A stretch of 35,645 nt of DNA from Octopus bimaculoides (GCF_001194135.2 NC_068981.1:197611985-197647629); one strand, 5' to 3'; numbered from the stretch's first letter, positions 11,817 through 23,146 are shown. Notes: a model not told the origin generated them from the letters alone. Translations and numbers: made by a program.

Positions 11817-11913
11817 AACGATGAAGAGATGACGATGAAGAAGGAGGAGGGAAGAAAAAGAGGAAAATAGAAGAGTAAACGAAAAGATGTAGAAAATATT
11901 AATTTCATATTAT

Positions 11914-12114
11914 GGCACAAGGCCAGCAGTTTTTTATGGGAGGGGTTTAGTCAATTACATCGACCCCAGTACGCAACAGGTATTTATTTTATCGACTTCG
12001 AAAGGATGAAAGGCAAGGTCGACCTCGGCGGAATTTGAACTCAGAACGTAGCGGCAGACGAAATACCGCTAAGCATTTCGCCCAGCGTCGTAACGACTCT
12101 GTCAGCTCACCGCC
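11914..12114 (-). mobile_element. SINE family A
   Basis: Reverse complement of the family head, B box and core. Confidence 0.9.
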
Positions 12115-12119
12115 ATGAT

Positions 12120-12278
12120 GAAGAAGAAGAAGAAGAAGAAGAAGGAGGAGGAGAAGAAGAAGGTGGTGGAGGAGGAGGAGGAGGAGGTGGAGAAGAAGAA
12201 GAAGAAGAAGAAGAAGAAGAAGAAGAAGAAGAAGAAGAAGAAGAAGAAGAAGAAGAAGAAGAAGAAGAAGAAGAAGAA
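12120..12278. repeat. (GAA/GGA)n microsatellite
   Basis: Read directly. Confidence 0.95.
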
Positions 12279-12518
12279 ATGTGAAATGTGAGAAAGGAAA
12301 GTAAAGTGAAAGAACTTGATGAATATTTACAGGATAATAAATAGTGCGTCGACCCAACCCCCAATTAATGGATGTAAGATCTAATGATGACAGAAGTCAG
12401 TTCGTTCACCGTTGGCCAGACAATCAAATTATATTGCAGAGACAAGAAGAAAAACTTAACAATCGGATTTGGGTAAATTTTTCTCTGAAAATGAATGATT
12501 TTCAATAATTCCTAATTG

Positions 12519-12660
12519 TGGAGCTGGTAGAGTCGTTAGCTTGCCGGACAAATTGCTTAGTGGCATTTTTCTCGGCTCTTTACTTTCTGAGTTCAAATAT
12601 TTTGCCTTTCGTCCTTTCGGGATTTAATAAAAATAAATACCAGTCGTGTACTGGAACTCT
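12519..12660 (+). mobile_element. SINE family A, degenerate, abutting the LINE
   Basis: GAGCTGGTAGAGTCGTTAGC head, TTCTGAGTTCAAAT B box and TTTGCCTTTCGTCCTTTCGGG core. Confidence 0.75.
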
Positions 12661-12661
12661 T

Positions 12662-15067
12662 CCTCCGCAAGTACTCCACCTTAAATTTTTCTGTCATTTC
12701 TTTCTCCATCAATTTCTCCATTTCCAATATCCCCAAGTCCTTATAGCCCGTCTCTTCTATCTGCTTCATAACCCGCCCCCTTTGGTATCGATAACCCGTT
12801 CATACATTTGATTTTGCTTCTCTTCAAGACTAACACATCACACTTTTTCAGTCCGAGCTCCATTCTGATATTAGCACTGAAAATATACACCGGATCAACG
12901 AGGGAACTGACTTTACCATAAAGTTTCAGGTCATCCATGAATAACAAGTGGTTGACTTTTTGTTGGCGGCTCTTAAATATATACCAGGCCTTTGGTTTCC
13001 TCAGAATCAGTGTTAGTGGTATCATGCATAGTACAACGATCAGTGGGGCCAGGCAATCACCTTGGAAGATGCCTCTCCTGATTTCTATTATCCATATTGT
13101 CTTCCATATGCTACCAGTTTCATTCTCCACTTCGCCATACTTTTTCCAAGGAATCGCTCAACATTTGATGCAATACCAAATAGGTTCATACACTCCATAA
13201 TCCAAGAATGTGGGATTATATCGTACGCCTTACGATAGTTGATCCATGACATGGCTGAGTTACTTTTCCTCCTCTTGCAGTCTCTAAGTACATTTGTGTC
13301 TATCAGGAGTTGATCCTTGATACCTCTGCACTTAAACCCTTCTGCTCATGTGGCAGGACTCCATTTTTTGCCAGATGCTTATACATTTGATTCTGCGAGT
13401 ATTCCAGTCAATAACTTCCACATAAGTGGCAAACAGATTATCGGCCTGTAATTGTCTATCATATTGCCTTTTTCGATGTTTTTCAAGCACAGCACTGTCC
13501 TACCCATTGTCAACCACTCTGGTGTTACTTGATCGGCATTTAACAAGGTGTTGAGTTGCGCAGCTATTCGTGCATAACATTCACCAAATCTGTTGATCCA
13601 GTAGCCTTGAACTCCATCTGGTCCCGGGGCCTTCCAAGTTGCTCATTTTTTTGCTGATTTCCTTCACTTCCCTAACTGAAATGACTAGTTCTGCCTGTTT
13701 TGGACAGACTACTGTTTGTTTCAGTTCTTGCAACCATTCAGCATCCTTCTTGTGCTCCTTGTCTTTGCTCCAGATGTCACTCCAAAACCTTTGACTTTCA
13801 ATGTTATCTGGTATCAACTTTTCATCTGTAAACCCTCTATTTATTTCTTTATAGAATCTCTTCTGATCTACTCTGAATAACCTCTTCTGGTGGTAACCCT
13901 TTATTCTTTGGTCGTATCTTACCATCTTTGCTTTTTTGCAACGGGGTGCTTTTCCAGTTCCTCCATTACCACTTTCAGGCTCTGTCTTTCAATGTCCTTC
14001 GGCAGCATATCTAACCCTGCCTGTATTCGTCTTTTCCACCATGGATCTTTTCCTTTGTCACTCCCATTATATTTCTTTTTCTTGACATCAACACCCACAT
14101 TTTCTGCTACAACAATACTTGCTGCTTTGATCGAATTATTTGTTTCTGTGATGGTGTTTGTTCTGATGTATTTCAGAATTTCATTCACATTTTTCGTTTC
14201 TTGGTTCAATTTCCATTGGTCAACCTTTTTAAGGTTGCAAATAATGTCGCTATCGTTCTCCTGTAGCCTTGCCTTTATTCTGTTGTAGATTGCCCTTTGC
14301 CTATCTGTCATGTCACCATTAGTTTTATTGTTTTCCTCCAACCCGTCTATATGTGTCTCATCGAGCCACCTATTACTGTTCCTTTCTTGTGGTTTATTAG
14401 AGATTTCACCTCTTTTTTCTTCTATGAGATTACTTTTATCAGTAGGAACTGTATTTTCATTGTTTCCTCTGCTGCTGTTTTCCAATACCCGTCTTTTGAT
14501 AGCTTTGAGCTCTACTTCTGTGAACCAACGATATTTTCTTATTGCTTTATCTTGATCACATAATTTCTGTTCCGTGAGTTGAACCAATCCTCTTTCTCTC
14601 CATTGATCATACATACGTTGTCGGTATCCCCTAACATGAACACTGTTTTCGTCTACAGGGTTACTCAGGTAGTAATGTTCCACGACCATAGCATTGCTTT
14701 GTTTGTTCCATTTACGCCGTGTGTGCTGGTTCCTTGCTGGATAACGACAAGCTGGAGTCGGACCAGTATCTCTGAGCCTACCGGGTGTACTACTGTCACT
14801 ATCATTGGCTTCAATATCCTGACCACCGTTATTCACAATATCTTGTCTTTTTCATTGTCACTCAGATGCGGTAGCGATAATCAGGTTGCGCAATTTCCAG
14901 TGTTTTTATTGTGACACCATCACTAGATGTATCATCAATCAGAGCATACGGAGATTCTAACCACTTCCTTCCGTTATAATTATTATCACCACTGGTGTCA
15001 TTTTCATTTTTTTACTACTATTTGTCATTGTTAATATTTCCTCTGATCCGACATGAGTTTTGGCTAA
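12662..15067 (-). mobile_element. R4/Dong-clade non-LTR retrotransposon, copy 1 (5' end and RT present, 3' end missing, frameshifted)
   Basis: N-terminal RRKW..YYLS..RGYRQRM..TEQKLCDQ. Linker PWWKRRI and RYDQRIKGYHQKRLF. RT motifs NYRPI, HEQKG, RKAYD, RGIFQGDCLAPL and HLLFMDDLK. The thumb region breaks off at EYLRR near 12662. Confidence 0.9.
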
Positions 15068-15142
<75 letters not shown>

Positions 15143-16135
15143 TCATGTTTGACTTTTGCTTTGCATTTGTACANNNNNNNNNNNNNNNNNNNNNNNNNNN
15201 NNNNNNNNNNNNNNNNNNNNNNNNNNNNNNNNNNNNNNNNNNNNNNNNNNNNNNNNNNNNNNNNNNNNNNNNNNNNNNNNNNNNNNNNNNNNNNNNNNNN
15301 NNNNNNNNNNNNNNNNNNNNNNNNNNNNNNNNNNNNNNNNNNNNNNNNNNNNNNNNNNNNNNNNNNNNNNNNNNNNNNNNNNNNNNNNNNNNNNNNNNNN
15401 NNNNNNNNNNNNNNNNNNNNNNNNNNNNNNNNNNNNNNNNNNNNNNNNNNNNNNNNNNNNNNNNNNNNNNNNNNNNNNNNNNNNNNNNNNNNNNNNNNNN
15501 NNNNNNNNNNNNNNNNNNNNNNNNNNNNNNNNNNNNNNNNNNNNNNNNNNNNNNNNNNNNNNNNNNNNNNNNNNNNNNNNNNNNNNNNNNNNNNNNNNNN
15601 NNNNNNNNNNNNNNNNNNNNNNNNNNNNNNNNNNNNNNNNNNNNNNNNNNNNNNNNNNNNNNNNNNNNNNNNNNNNNNNNNNNNNNNNNNNNNNNNNNNN
15701 NNNNNNNNNNNNNNNNNNNNNNNNNNNNNNNNNNNNNNNNNNNNNAGTACTGGGGGTGGTTTGTGTTCCCACCAGTTTTTATCATGGGGCAAGTCCAGGT
15801 TTTTGCATATTACCCAGTGAATATATTGTGCAGCTCTATCATGCCTGTTGAGATACTCTGTAGGCGCAAGCAGACTGCACATGGAGACAACATGATCTAT
15901 GGTCTCATTTTGTTGTTGGCATATACGACATAATGGGGAGCTGCCGATCTTTAATATGTTGGCCTGGTAGTTCTTTGTAGGTAGGCATTGATCTTGGGCT
16001 GCTATGATAAACCCCCCTGTTTCTGATTTCAAGCCAGAGGCCATTAGCCATTGATGGGTAAGAGCTTTGTCAATATCTGCATTATTCGCTCTCTTTGGGT
16101 ATTTGCCATTGAGAGGTTTTCCAATCCATTTTTCA

Positions 16136-16136
<1 letters not shown>
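15143..16136 (-). mobile_element. R4/Dong-clade retrotransposon, copy 2 (5'-truncated, 3' part)
   Basis: Open frame EKWIGKPLNGKY..WLMASGLKSETGGFIIAAQDQ..CRIC..ETIDHVVSMC..RHD (zinc knuckle). The endonuclease region falls in gap 15174-15745. Ends in (AAT)n. Confidence 0.85.
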
Positions 16137-16175
<39 letters not shown>

Positions 16176-16538
16176 TCTTTTCATCTCAGGATTTGTTGGA
16201 ACTCCTGGAATCTTGCATGCGTAGCGGGCTTGCTGCCTGCTGCCTACAGTATCTGCACTTTTCAACGATCTAATGCTTCCCTGATTGTTCTGATCGAGGC
16301 AAGGAGGCAGTTCTACTGGGCACCCTATTCCAATTTCCTTGATATTCCCCTTGATGCCTTTTGATACTGTCCCCCAAGGACCCAACAATAATCCACACTA
16401 TCTTCACCTTCTTCATTTTCCATTGCCGGACTATTTCGTACTTAAGAGGGTTGTATTTATCTATTTTTATTTGCCTTCCTTCTTGATCTGTTTGGATCAG
16501 GTGCTAGAGCATAACAAACCGGACCTTGTGGTGGTCAA

Positions 16539-16539
<1 letters not shown>
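16176..16539 (-). mobile_element. R4/Dong-clade retrotransposon, copy 3 (RLE C-terminus and 3' UTR, with an inverted 5' piece)
   Basis: Minus strand reads KIDKYNPLKYEIVRQWKMKKVKIVWIIVGSLGTVSKG..LLASIRTIREALDR*. Plus strand 16495-16539 reads DQVLEHNKPDLVVVN. Confidence 0.8.
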
Positions 16540-16596
<57 letters not shown>

Positions 16597-16932
16597 TATA
16601 ATTATTCATATTGGTTGTGGAATGTAATTAACGCAGTTTTGCTGTACACAACAATATCAAGGAATTAATTAATCAGATTAAACAACAGATATTAACATCG
16701 TAATGAGCAATGAAGACGTTCAATTAGTTAACACTGAGCAAACACTAGTCATACAAGTTTCTTCTTCTCCATACAGTTATCTATGTATGTGTATGTATGT
16801 ACGTATGTATGAATGTGTATATATAGACAGATAAATATTTATATGTGTGTATGTTTTATGTGTCCATATATGTGTATATACATTTGTGTATATACATGTA
16901 TATATGTGTGTATATATGTATATATATATATA

Positions 16933-16981
<49 letters not shown>

Positions 16982-17601
16982 TTATGTATATATATAATAT
17001 AATGAAATATTAATTAAAAATTATATTTATATCAAGTGTATAATAATTAAATAAGTAAACAAACAGCCAATCGTTGATCACTTATTGCTGACCAATCACA
17101 ATCCAGTACTTTCTGGATGGTGTTTACTCCTTACTCCTCCGTGCCTCAACTTCCTACCCTTCACTCAATTAGAATCACAACTTAATGAGTCTGCGTACAT
17201 TTATTTGCTCGTTAATGCAATGACATCAGTTTCATTTGTCTGAAGATAGTCGCACGCACCATCGAATAATCAAGTAGTTCACAACTTCATTAGGACAAGC
17301 AAACATAGTAAATATACTTCAGACATACTCCGACTGTATTTTATTGTTTTTATGCTAATTAAAAGTTCGAGTGTAAGTCTTCGAATGATTCAAGTCATTT
17401 TTACTATTGAAAATGTTTCATGTTTACATATAGATTGCTTCGTTTGATTGTTTCGCTCCGATTGTCTCGGATGTTTTATTCCTAGATATACATAGATTCG
17501 AACCACGGGACTTTTATTTCTTGAATAGCGGTAATGTATTTTCATTCACTGTTCCACTGACGTGTTTACAATTATTGTTGATGTGTTTTTACATATATTC
17601 T

Positions 17602-17990
17602 TTTACTCTTTTACTTGTTTCAGTGATTTGACTGCGGCCATGCTGGAGCACCGCCTTTAATCGAGCAAATCGATCCCAGGACTTATTCTTTGTAAGCCTA
17701 GTACTTATTCTATCGGTCTCTTTTGCCGAAACGCTAAGTTACGGGGACGTAAACACACCACCATCGGTTGTCAAGCGATGTTGGGGGGGGGGACACAAAC
17801 ACACACACACACACACACGTATATATACGACGGGCTTCTTTCAGTTTCCGTCTACCAAATCCACTCACAAGGCTTTGGTCGGCCCGAGGCTATAATAGAA
17901 GACACTTGCCCAAGGTGTCACGTAGTGGGAATGAACCCGAGATCATGTGGTTCGTAAGCAAGCTACTTGCCACACATCTACTCCTGCGTC
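17602..17990 (-). mobile_element. SINE family B, full-length
   Basis: Colinear with 9190-9590. Confidence 0.92.
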
Positions 17991-18238
17991 TATTTATATA
18001 TATATTTTATCGGATGAATGTGATTTCGTCCTTTAATTGGAATTATTTCCAAAGATTTCCTTAAGGAGTTTTAAATAGACAGACATATTGGATTTCATAG
18101 AGAGAATGTCAGTTTTTAATATTACATATATTAGCACCCACTTAATAAATATTTCTTTTAGTCTTGATTCAAATAGGCATGACTGCAAGAACGAATACAA
18201 GTTGGACTTCTGCGTCAGAATATACGAAATGGATGTAA

Positions 18239-18668
18239 GGCGGCGAGCTGGCAGAGTGGTTAGCACTCCGGGCGAAATGTTTAGAGGTATTTCGTCTGTC
18301 TTTACGTTCTGAGTTCAAACTCCGCCGAGGTCGACTTTGCCTTTCATACTTTCGGGTCGATAAATAAAGTACCAGTTATGCACTGAGGTCGAGGTAATTG
18401 ACTTAATCCCTTTGTCTGTCTTTGTTTGTCCCCTCTATGTTTAGCCCCTTGTGGGCAATAAAGAAATAAGAAACGTTAGCACGCCGGGCGAAATGCTTAG
18501 CGGTATTTCGTCTGTCTTTGTGTTCTGAGTTCAAATTCCGTCGAGGTCGGCTTTACTTTTCACCCTTTCGGGATCGATAAATTAAGTACCAGTTGCGTAT
18601 TGGGGTCGATCTAATCAACTGGCCCCCTCCCCCAAAATTTCAGGCCTTGTGCCTAGATTAGAAAAGAA
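18239..18668 (+). mobile_element. SINE family A, dimeric form
   Basis: Two units, each with GAGTTCAAA B box and GGTCGATAAA core, joined at AAGAAATAAGAAACGTTAGCAC. Confidence 0.9.
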
Positions 18669-19231
18669 TATACGCAATGAATGTTATAGTGTGTTTATCA
18701 ATAAAGTTGTGATAAAGGGGGCCNNNNNNNNNNNNNNNNNNNNNNNNNNNNNNNNNNNNNNNNNNNNNNNNNNNNNNNNNNNNNNNNNNNNNNNNNNNNN
18801 NNNNNNNNNNNNNNNNNNNNNNNNNNNNNNNNNNNNNNNNNNNNNNNNNNNNNNNNNNNNNNNNNNNNNNNNNNNNNNNNNNNNNNNNNNNNNNNNNNNN
18901 NNNNNNNNNNNNNNNNNNNNNNNNNNNNNNNNNNNNNNNNNNNNNNNNNNNNNNNNNNNNNNNNNNNNNNNNNNNNNNNNNNNNNNNNNNNNNNNNNNNN
19001 NNNNNNNNNNNNNNNNNNNNNNNNNNNNNNNNNNNNNNNNNNNNNNNNNNNNNNNNNNNNNNNNNNNNNNNNNNNNNNNNNNNNNNNNNNNNNNNNNNNN
19101 NNNNNNNNNNNNNNNNNNNNNNNNNNNNNNNNNNNNNNNNNNNNNNNNNNNNNNNNNNNNNNNNNNNNNNNNNNNNNNNNNNNNNNNNNNNNNNNNNNNN
19201 NNNNNNNNNNNNNNNNNNNNNNNNNNNNNNN

Positions 19232-19303
<72 letters not shown>

Positions 19304-19444
19304 TGTATGATTTAATGACATATTTAATGAAAGGAAGTATACATGAGCTACTTTAAGTTTCGTGTTCGGAAAGTTCAGTTTGCGAACGGGGTTATGTAGC
19401 GTATCAAACATAATACGGTAATCGTTCAGAGACTTATACAGCAT

Positions 19445-19690
19445 GACAAGAGTAAAGAACCACTTTGGTCATGAATGACCATGGGATTGCACCTAGAAAG
19501 TTCCCTTCCGAGGTACAAGTCCAGACATGGTTGTTTATGAAAGACCAGCACTTGCTCATCCATACCAGCCTCCCATCTCCACCCCGCCAATGTTATCCAA
19601 GGGTAAGACAAAGGTGCCGATACAGCTTGGCACCTGTGACGTCTCAACTCATTTCTACACCTGAGTGGTGGACTGGAGCAGCGTGAAATA
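19445..19690 (-). mobile_element. Probable SINE 3' half (another family)
   Basis: Minus-strand CTGCTCCAGTCCAC..CAGGTGTAGAAATGAGT resembles a SINE central domain (from memory). Single copy in the window. Confidence 0.45.
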
Positions 19691-20250
19691 CTGTTCTACT
19701 TGCCATTCGTGCCGGAAGCTACAATACGAACATTTCAGAGTGTTTGGGTGTCAATCTTAGCACAGTGCAATCTGAGGACATGTACCGAGAGTGATAAAAA
19801 TCAAACATCCAGTCAACATCATGGTGTTTGGAGTGATCACTAGTGATGGCGACGTTATGCCTCCATTCATCTTCCCACACTGCCTCACACTCAACATGGA
19901 GGCCTACATCAAGTGCCTGCAGGAGGTAGTACTGCCCTGGGTGAAGAGGGTGGCTGCTGGAAGACCCTGTTTCAGACAACAGGACTCTGCACGATACCAC
20001 ACAAGCAGGAGAACCCAGTCATGGCTGTCAGACAATTTCTGCGACCACCTCACCCCTAACATCTGGCCACCTAACTCCCCACACTGCAACCCCCTGGATT
20101 ATTATGTGTGGGTCACAGTTGATCGAGAGACCAACTCCTTGTAACGCCAAAGATGAACTGAAGGCGAGGGTTATGGCCACATTCATCAACTTAAACAAGG
20201 AGACCGTCCAGAAGAGTTGCAGGAGATTCCGAAGTCGTCTGGAGGTCGTG
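19691..20250 (+). mobile_element. Tc1/mariner DD37D (maT/mori-type) transposon, internally deleted
   Basis: N-terminal VLLAIRAG..ISECLGVNLSTVQ is joined directly to VPRVIKIKHPVNIMVFGVITSDG. Catalytic QQDSA...NPLD has 37 residues between the two Asp (counted). Confidence 0.88.
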
Positions 20251-20269
20251 GTTCATCGCACTCTGTATA

Positions 20270-20470
20270 TTCTTTTATTCTTTTACTTGTTTCAGTCATT
20301 TGACTGCGGCCATGCTGGAGCACCGCCTTAAAGGGTTTTAGTCGAAGAAAGCGACCACAGGTCTTATTCTTTGTAAGCCTATTACTTATTCTATCGGTCT
20401 CTTTTGCTGAACCGCTAAGTTACGCGGACATAAATACACCAGCATCGATTGTCAAGGGATGGCGGTGGGG
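20270..20470 (-). mobile_element. SINE family B, 3' half
   Basis: TTTTACTTGTTTCAGTCATTTGACTGCGGCCATGCTGGAGCACCGCC followed by the family body. Confidence 0.88.
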
Positions 20471-20498
20471 ACACGCCTAGAAGACGCATGGCCCCCTT

Positions 20499-20625
20499 AT
20501 TATTACTATTATTATTATTATTATTATTATCATTATTATTATTATTATTATTCAGGTCACTGCCTGGAATCGAACTCAGAATCTTGTAGCTAGTAGCCCG
20601 CGCTGTTAACCACTACACCATACGT
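20499..20625 (-). mobile_element. tRNA-derived SINE head followed by (AAT)n; not a functional tRNA
   Basis: Minus strand has A box TGGTGTAGTGGTT and B box GAGTTCGATTCC, then an AAT run. No clean acceptor or anticodon stems. Confidence 0.7.
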
Positions 20626-20786
20626 CCGGACAAATACCCGTCAAATGTAAATAATGTAAATAACGTAAATAATGTATAAGCAATCCATTTGTGTAGCAGA
20701 TCGTTCGGCAAAAGCTGAACGCTCATACGCCGTCTTCGACAGGAGAGTCCGTCATAAATATATAAAAATGTATTAATATACATGCT

Positions 20787-20834
<48 letters not shown>

Positions 20835-21767
20835 CACAGATATACATGTTCATACATTAAGTTACATATAATCTGAACTCACCGGATTATATGACACATT
20901 GATGTGAATTGGTCTCAATAAAACGCTTTCTAGAGTTTTTGATATCGCTGGCATTCGAAACAGTATGGTGTTAATTCTCGAAAGCTTGGTTATCTTGTAG
21001 ATCGTTCAGTTTCATATTTTTTCAATGCTTAATCGATCGCTGAATCCATTGATTGACTATAAATAATGGCTTCCATCATGAGCAAAAAAAAAAAATGAGC
21101 AATAATTATGACTACCTGAAGAAACAAGACGATGCACTGATCGAATGATTAAGTGATAGATTGATAGAATAATGAAGATTACGAATAAAAGAATGATGAT
21201 ATCAATGTTAGAATTTAATTGTAAAAAGATCACATTGTCAGACCAAATAATCAAGTGAAATTCTTAGTGAGAATGTAGCAATTTATAAGATAAACTGGTT
21301 TGAATTATAACCCAGAATTTGTCATCGGAAAAGCATATGAAGAGAAAATTGACCTTTAAAACTGTCTACAAAATCCTGAAATTTGTCTCCAAAGACTGCC
21401 TGCAAAGTCAAAGTCTAGATTTCATGCTGTCAGTGCTCGGCTCGTGGCTGGTGAGTCACAAGGATTAGCATTATTTTCCTTGCGTTAAGAAGATACCAGA
21501 CAAATTGTCTTCTCTCACTGAAGACGGTGCTGTCTTGATATAAGTAAAGTTTCCCAGATAAATTAGCCATCATCTTTTTGCTATTGTCACCTGAAGTATC
21601 GACAACTGTTTGAAGTAAGATTAAACTGAAGTTTCCCGAAGTTCTAATTCTGTATCGATTCCACTTAACTATTTCGATTTTTGAAGTTTGAAACTAGTGA
21701 AATTGTTTTTGTGTACGTGGAATAGTAAAATATATTTTCTTCTGTCGTCGTGGCCCAATTTTAAATG

Positions 21768-22153
21768 CAGTGATACCTCGTGGTACGAGTTTAATTCGTT
21801 CCGTGACCGAGCTCGTCTTACGATTTACTCGTTTTACAAATCAATTTTCCCCATTGAAATTATCTAAAATATGATTAATCCGTTCCAGCCCCACAAAAGC
21901 ACTCAAAAATAATTTTTTATGGAATTAAAAAAACCAAAAGGTGTAGTCACAAATAAAATGACAATTATAAAAAAGAGAATGCAAAAGAAACATGTAAACT
22001 GGTTTTATTAACTGAATTACCTTAAAGACGGGACGATTTGTGTGCTCGTACTGCGGATTCCCGCTCGTACTTCAAGGCATAAATTCGCACGAGTTTTAGC
22101 TTGTACAGCAAATTACTCGTACAATGGGGCACTCGTACTGCGAGGTTCTATTG
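21768..22153. mobile_element. Tigger/pogo-type MITE (about 386 bp)
   Basis: TIRs CAGTGATACCTCGTGGTACGAGT and (reverse complement) CAATAGAACCTCGCAGTACGAGT, about 16/23 identical. TA follows the right end, TG precedes the left. Repeated subterminal CTCGT(AC) motifs. Confidence 0.75.
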
Positions 22154-22443
22154 TATCTTAGATTGCTTTTTATCATTCTGTCTTTCTTTTGATTGGGTAT
22201 GAGGCCATCTTTTGTTATCGAGGGAGAATTTCAAGGGCTCTAACACGTTGTTTATTTTTTGTGGCTTTATCATATGAAAGCGAGAACAGTCCCCAACAAG
22301 ATTTGGTGTGACTATGCGGTACTTATAGCGTTTTTTTTTACCTCACCATGCAGGAGAGGTAAGTGTATGAAATTGTGGTAATACAAAAACAAATTTCAAA
22401 TAGTAACAAAAAACTCCTAAATAAGATATTGGTTTCAAATTTT

Positions 22444-22626
22444 GCTACAAGGCCAGCAATTTCGGGGGAGGGGTACCCAGTAAGCAATTGGTACTTAATC
22501 TATCGACCCCGAAAGGATAAAAGGCAAAGTCAACCTCAGCGGAATTTGAACTCAGAACTTAAAGACAAACAAAATAACGCTAAGCACTTCACCCGGCATG
22601 CTAACGCTTCTGCCAGTTCGCCGCCT
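22444..22626 (-). mobile_element. SINE family A (left arm of an inverted pair)
   Basis: Reverse complement of the family head and core. Confidence 0.9.
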
Positions 22627-22654
22627 TATGAATATTTAATATTAGACGGGAAAA

Positions 22655-22835
22655 AGGCGGCGAGCTGGCAGAATGGTTAGCACGCAGGGCGAAGTGCTTA
22701 GCGTTATTTTGTTTGTCTTTAAGTTCTGAGTTCAAATTCCGCCGAGGTCGACTTTGCCTTTCATCCTTTCGGGGATTCGATAAAATAAGCACCAGTTGAG
22801 TACATGGGTCAGTGTAATTGACTTACCCTCTCCCA
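22655..22835 (+). mobile_element. SINE family A (right arm of an inverted pair)
   Basis: AGGCGGCGAGCTGGCAGAA head, B box and core. Confidence 0.9.
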
Positions 22836-23146
22836 ATATTATACAGGAAGTCTGTAGCATGATGAATTGGTTGAGCAACGGATAGAATGACGTGATGTAC
22901 CGAGTTCAAATTCCGCCAAGTTAAATTTCTGTTCTACGTTTCCGCGCTTGTTGCATTCTATTTTATCGATTTCACAAAAATGAAATTCGAAGTTGACTTC
23001 GATAAGATTTGAACAAAGAACCAAAACAGAAGTAACGAAAAATCCCAAAGTATTTCTTCCACCACCATTCTGCCGACAAATCTTTGATTTCATATTTCTA
23101 ACATGGGAGGTGGCGTGGTCGATTACATTGACATATTTATGGGCGC

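Noticed and set aside
10795-12364. Poly-D, poly-I, poly-K, poly-F, poly-L and poly-S ORFs
   Set aside because: Translations of trinucleotide microsatellites.
17060-17100. Paired CCAAT boxes (also at 10.5-10.65 kb)
   Set aside because: No associated transcript or gene structure; motif-only evidence.
20545-20625. Possible tRNA gene
   Set aside because: A and B boxes are present, but the acceptor and anticodon stems do not pair and an AAT run follows, as in a SINE head.
21330-21460. Short frame MKRKLTFKTVYKILKF..GSWL ending at a GTGAGT donor
   Set aside because: About 40 codons with no recognisable homology and no downstream exon.
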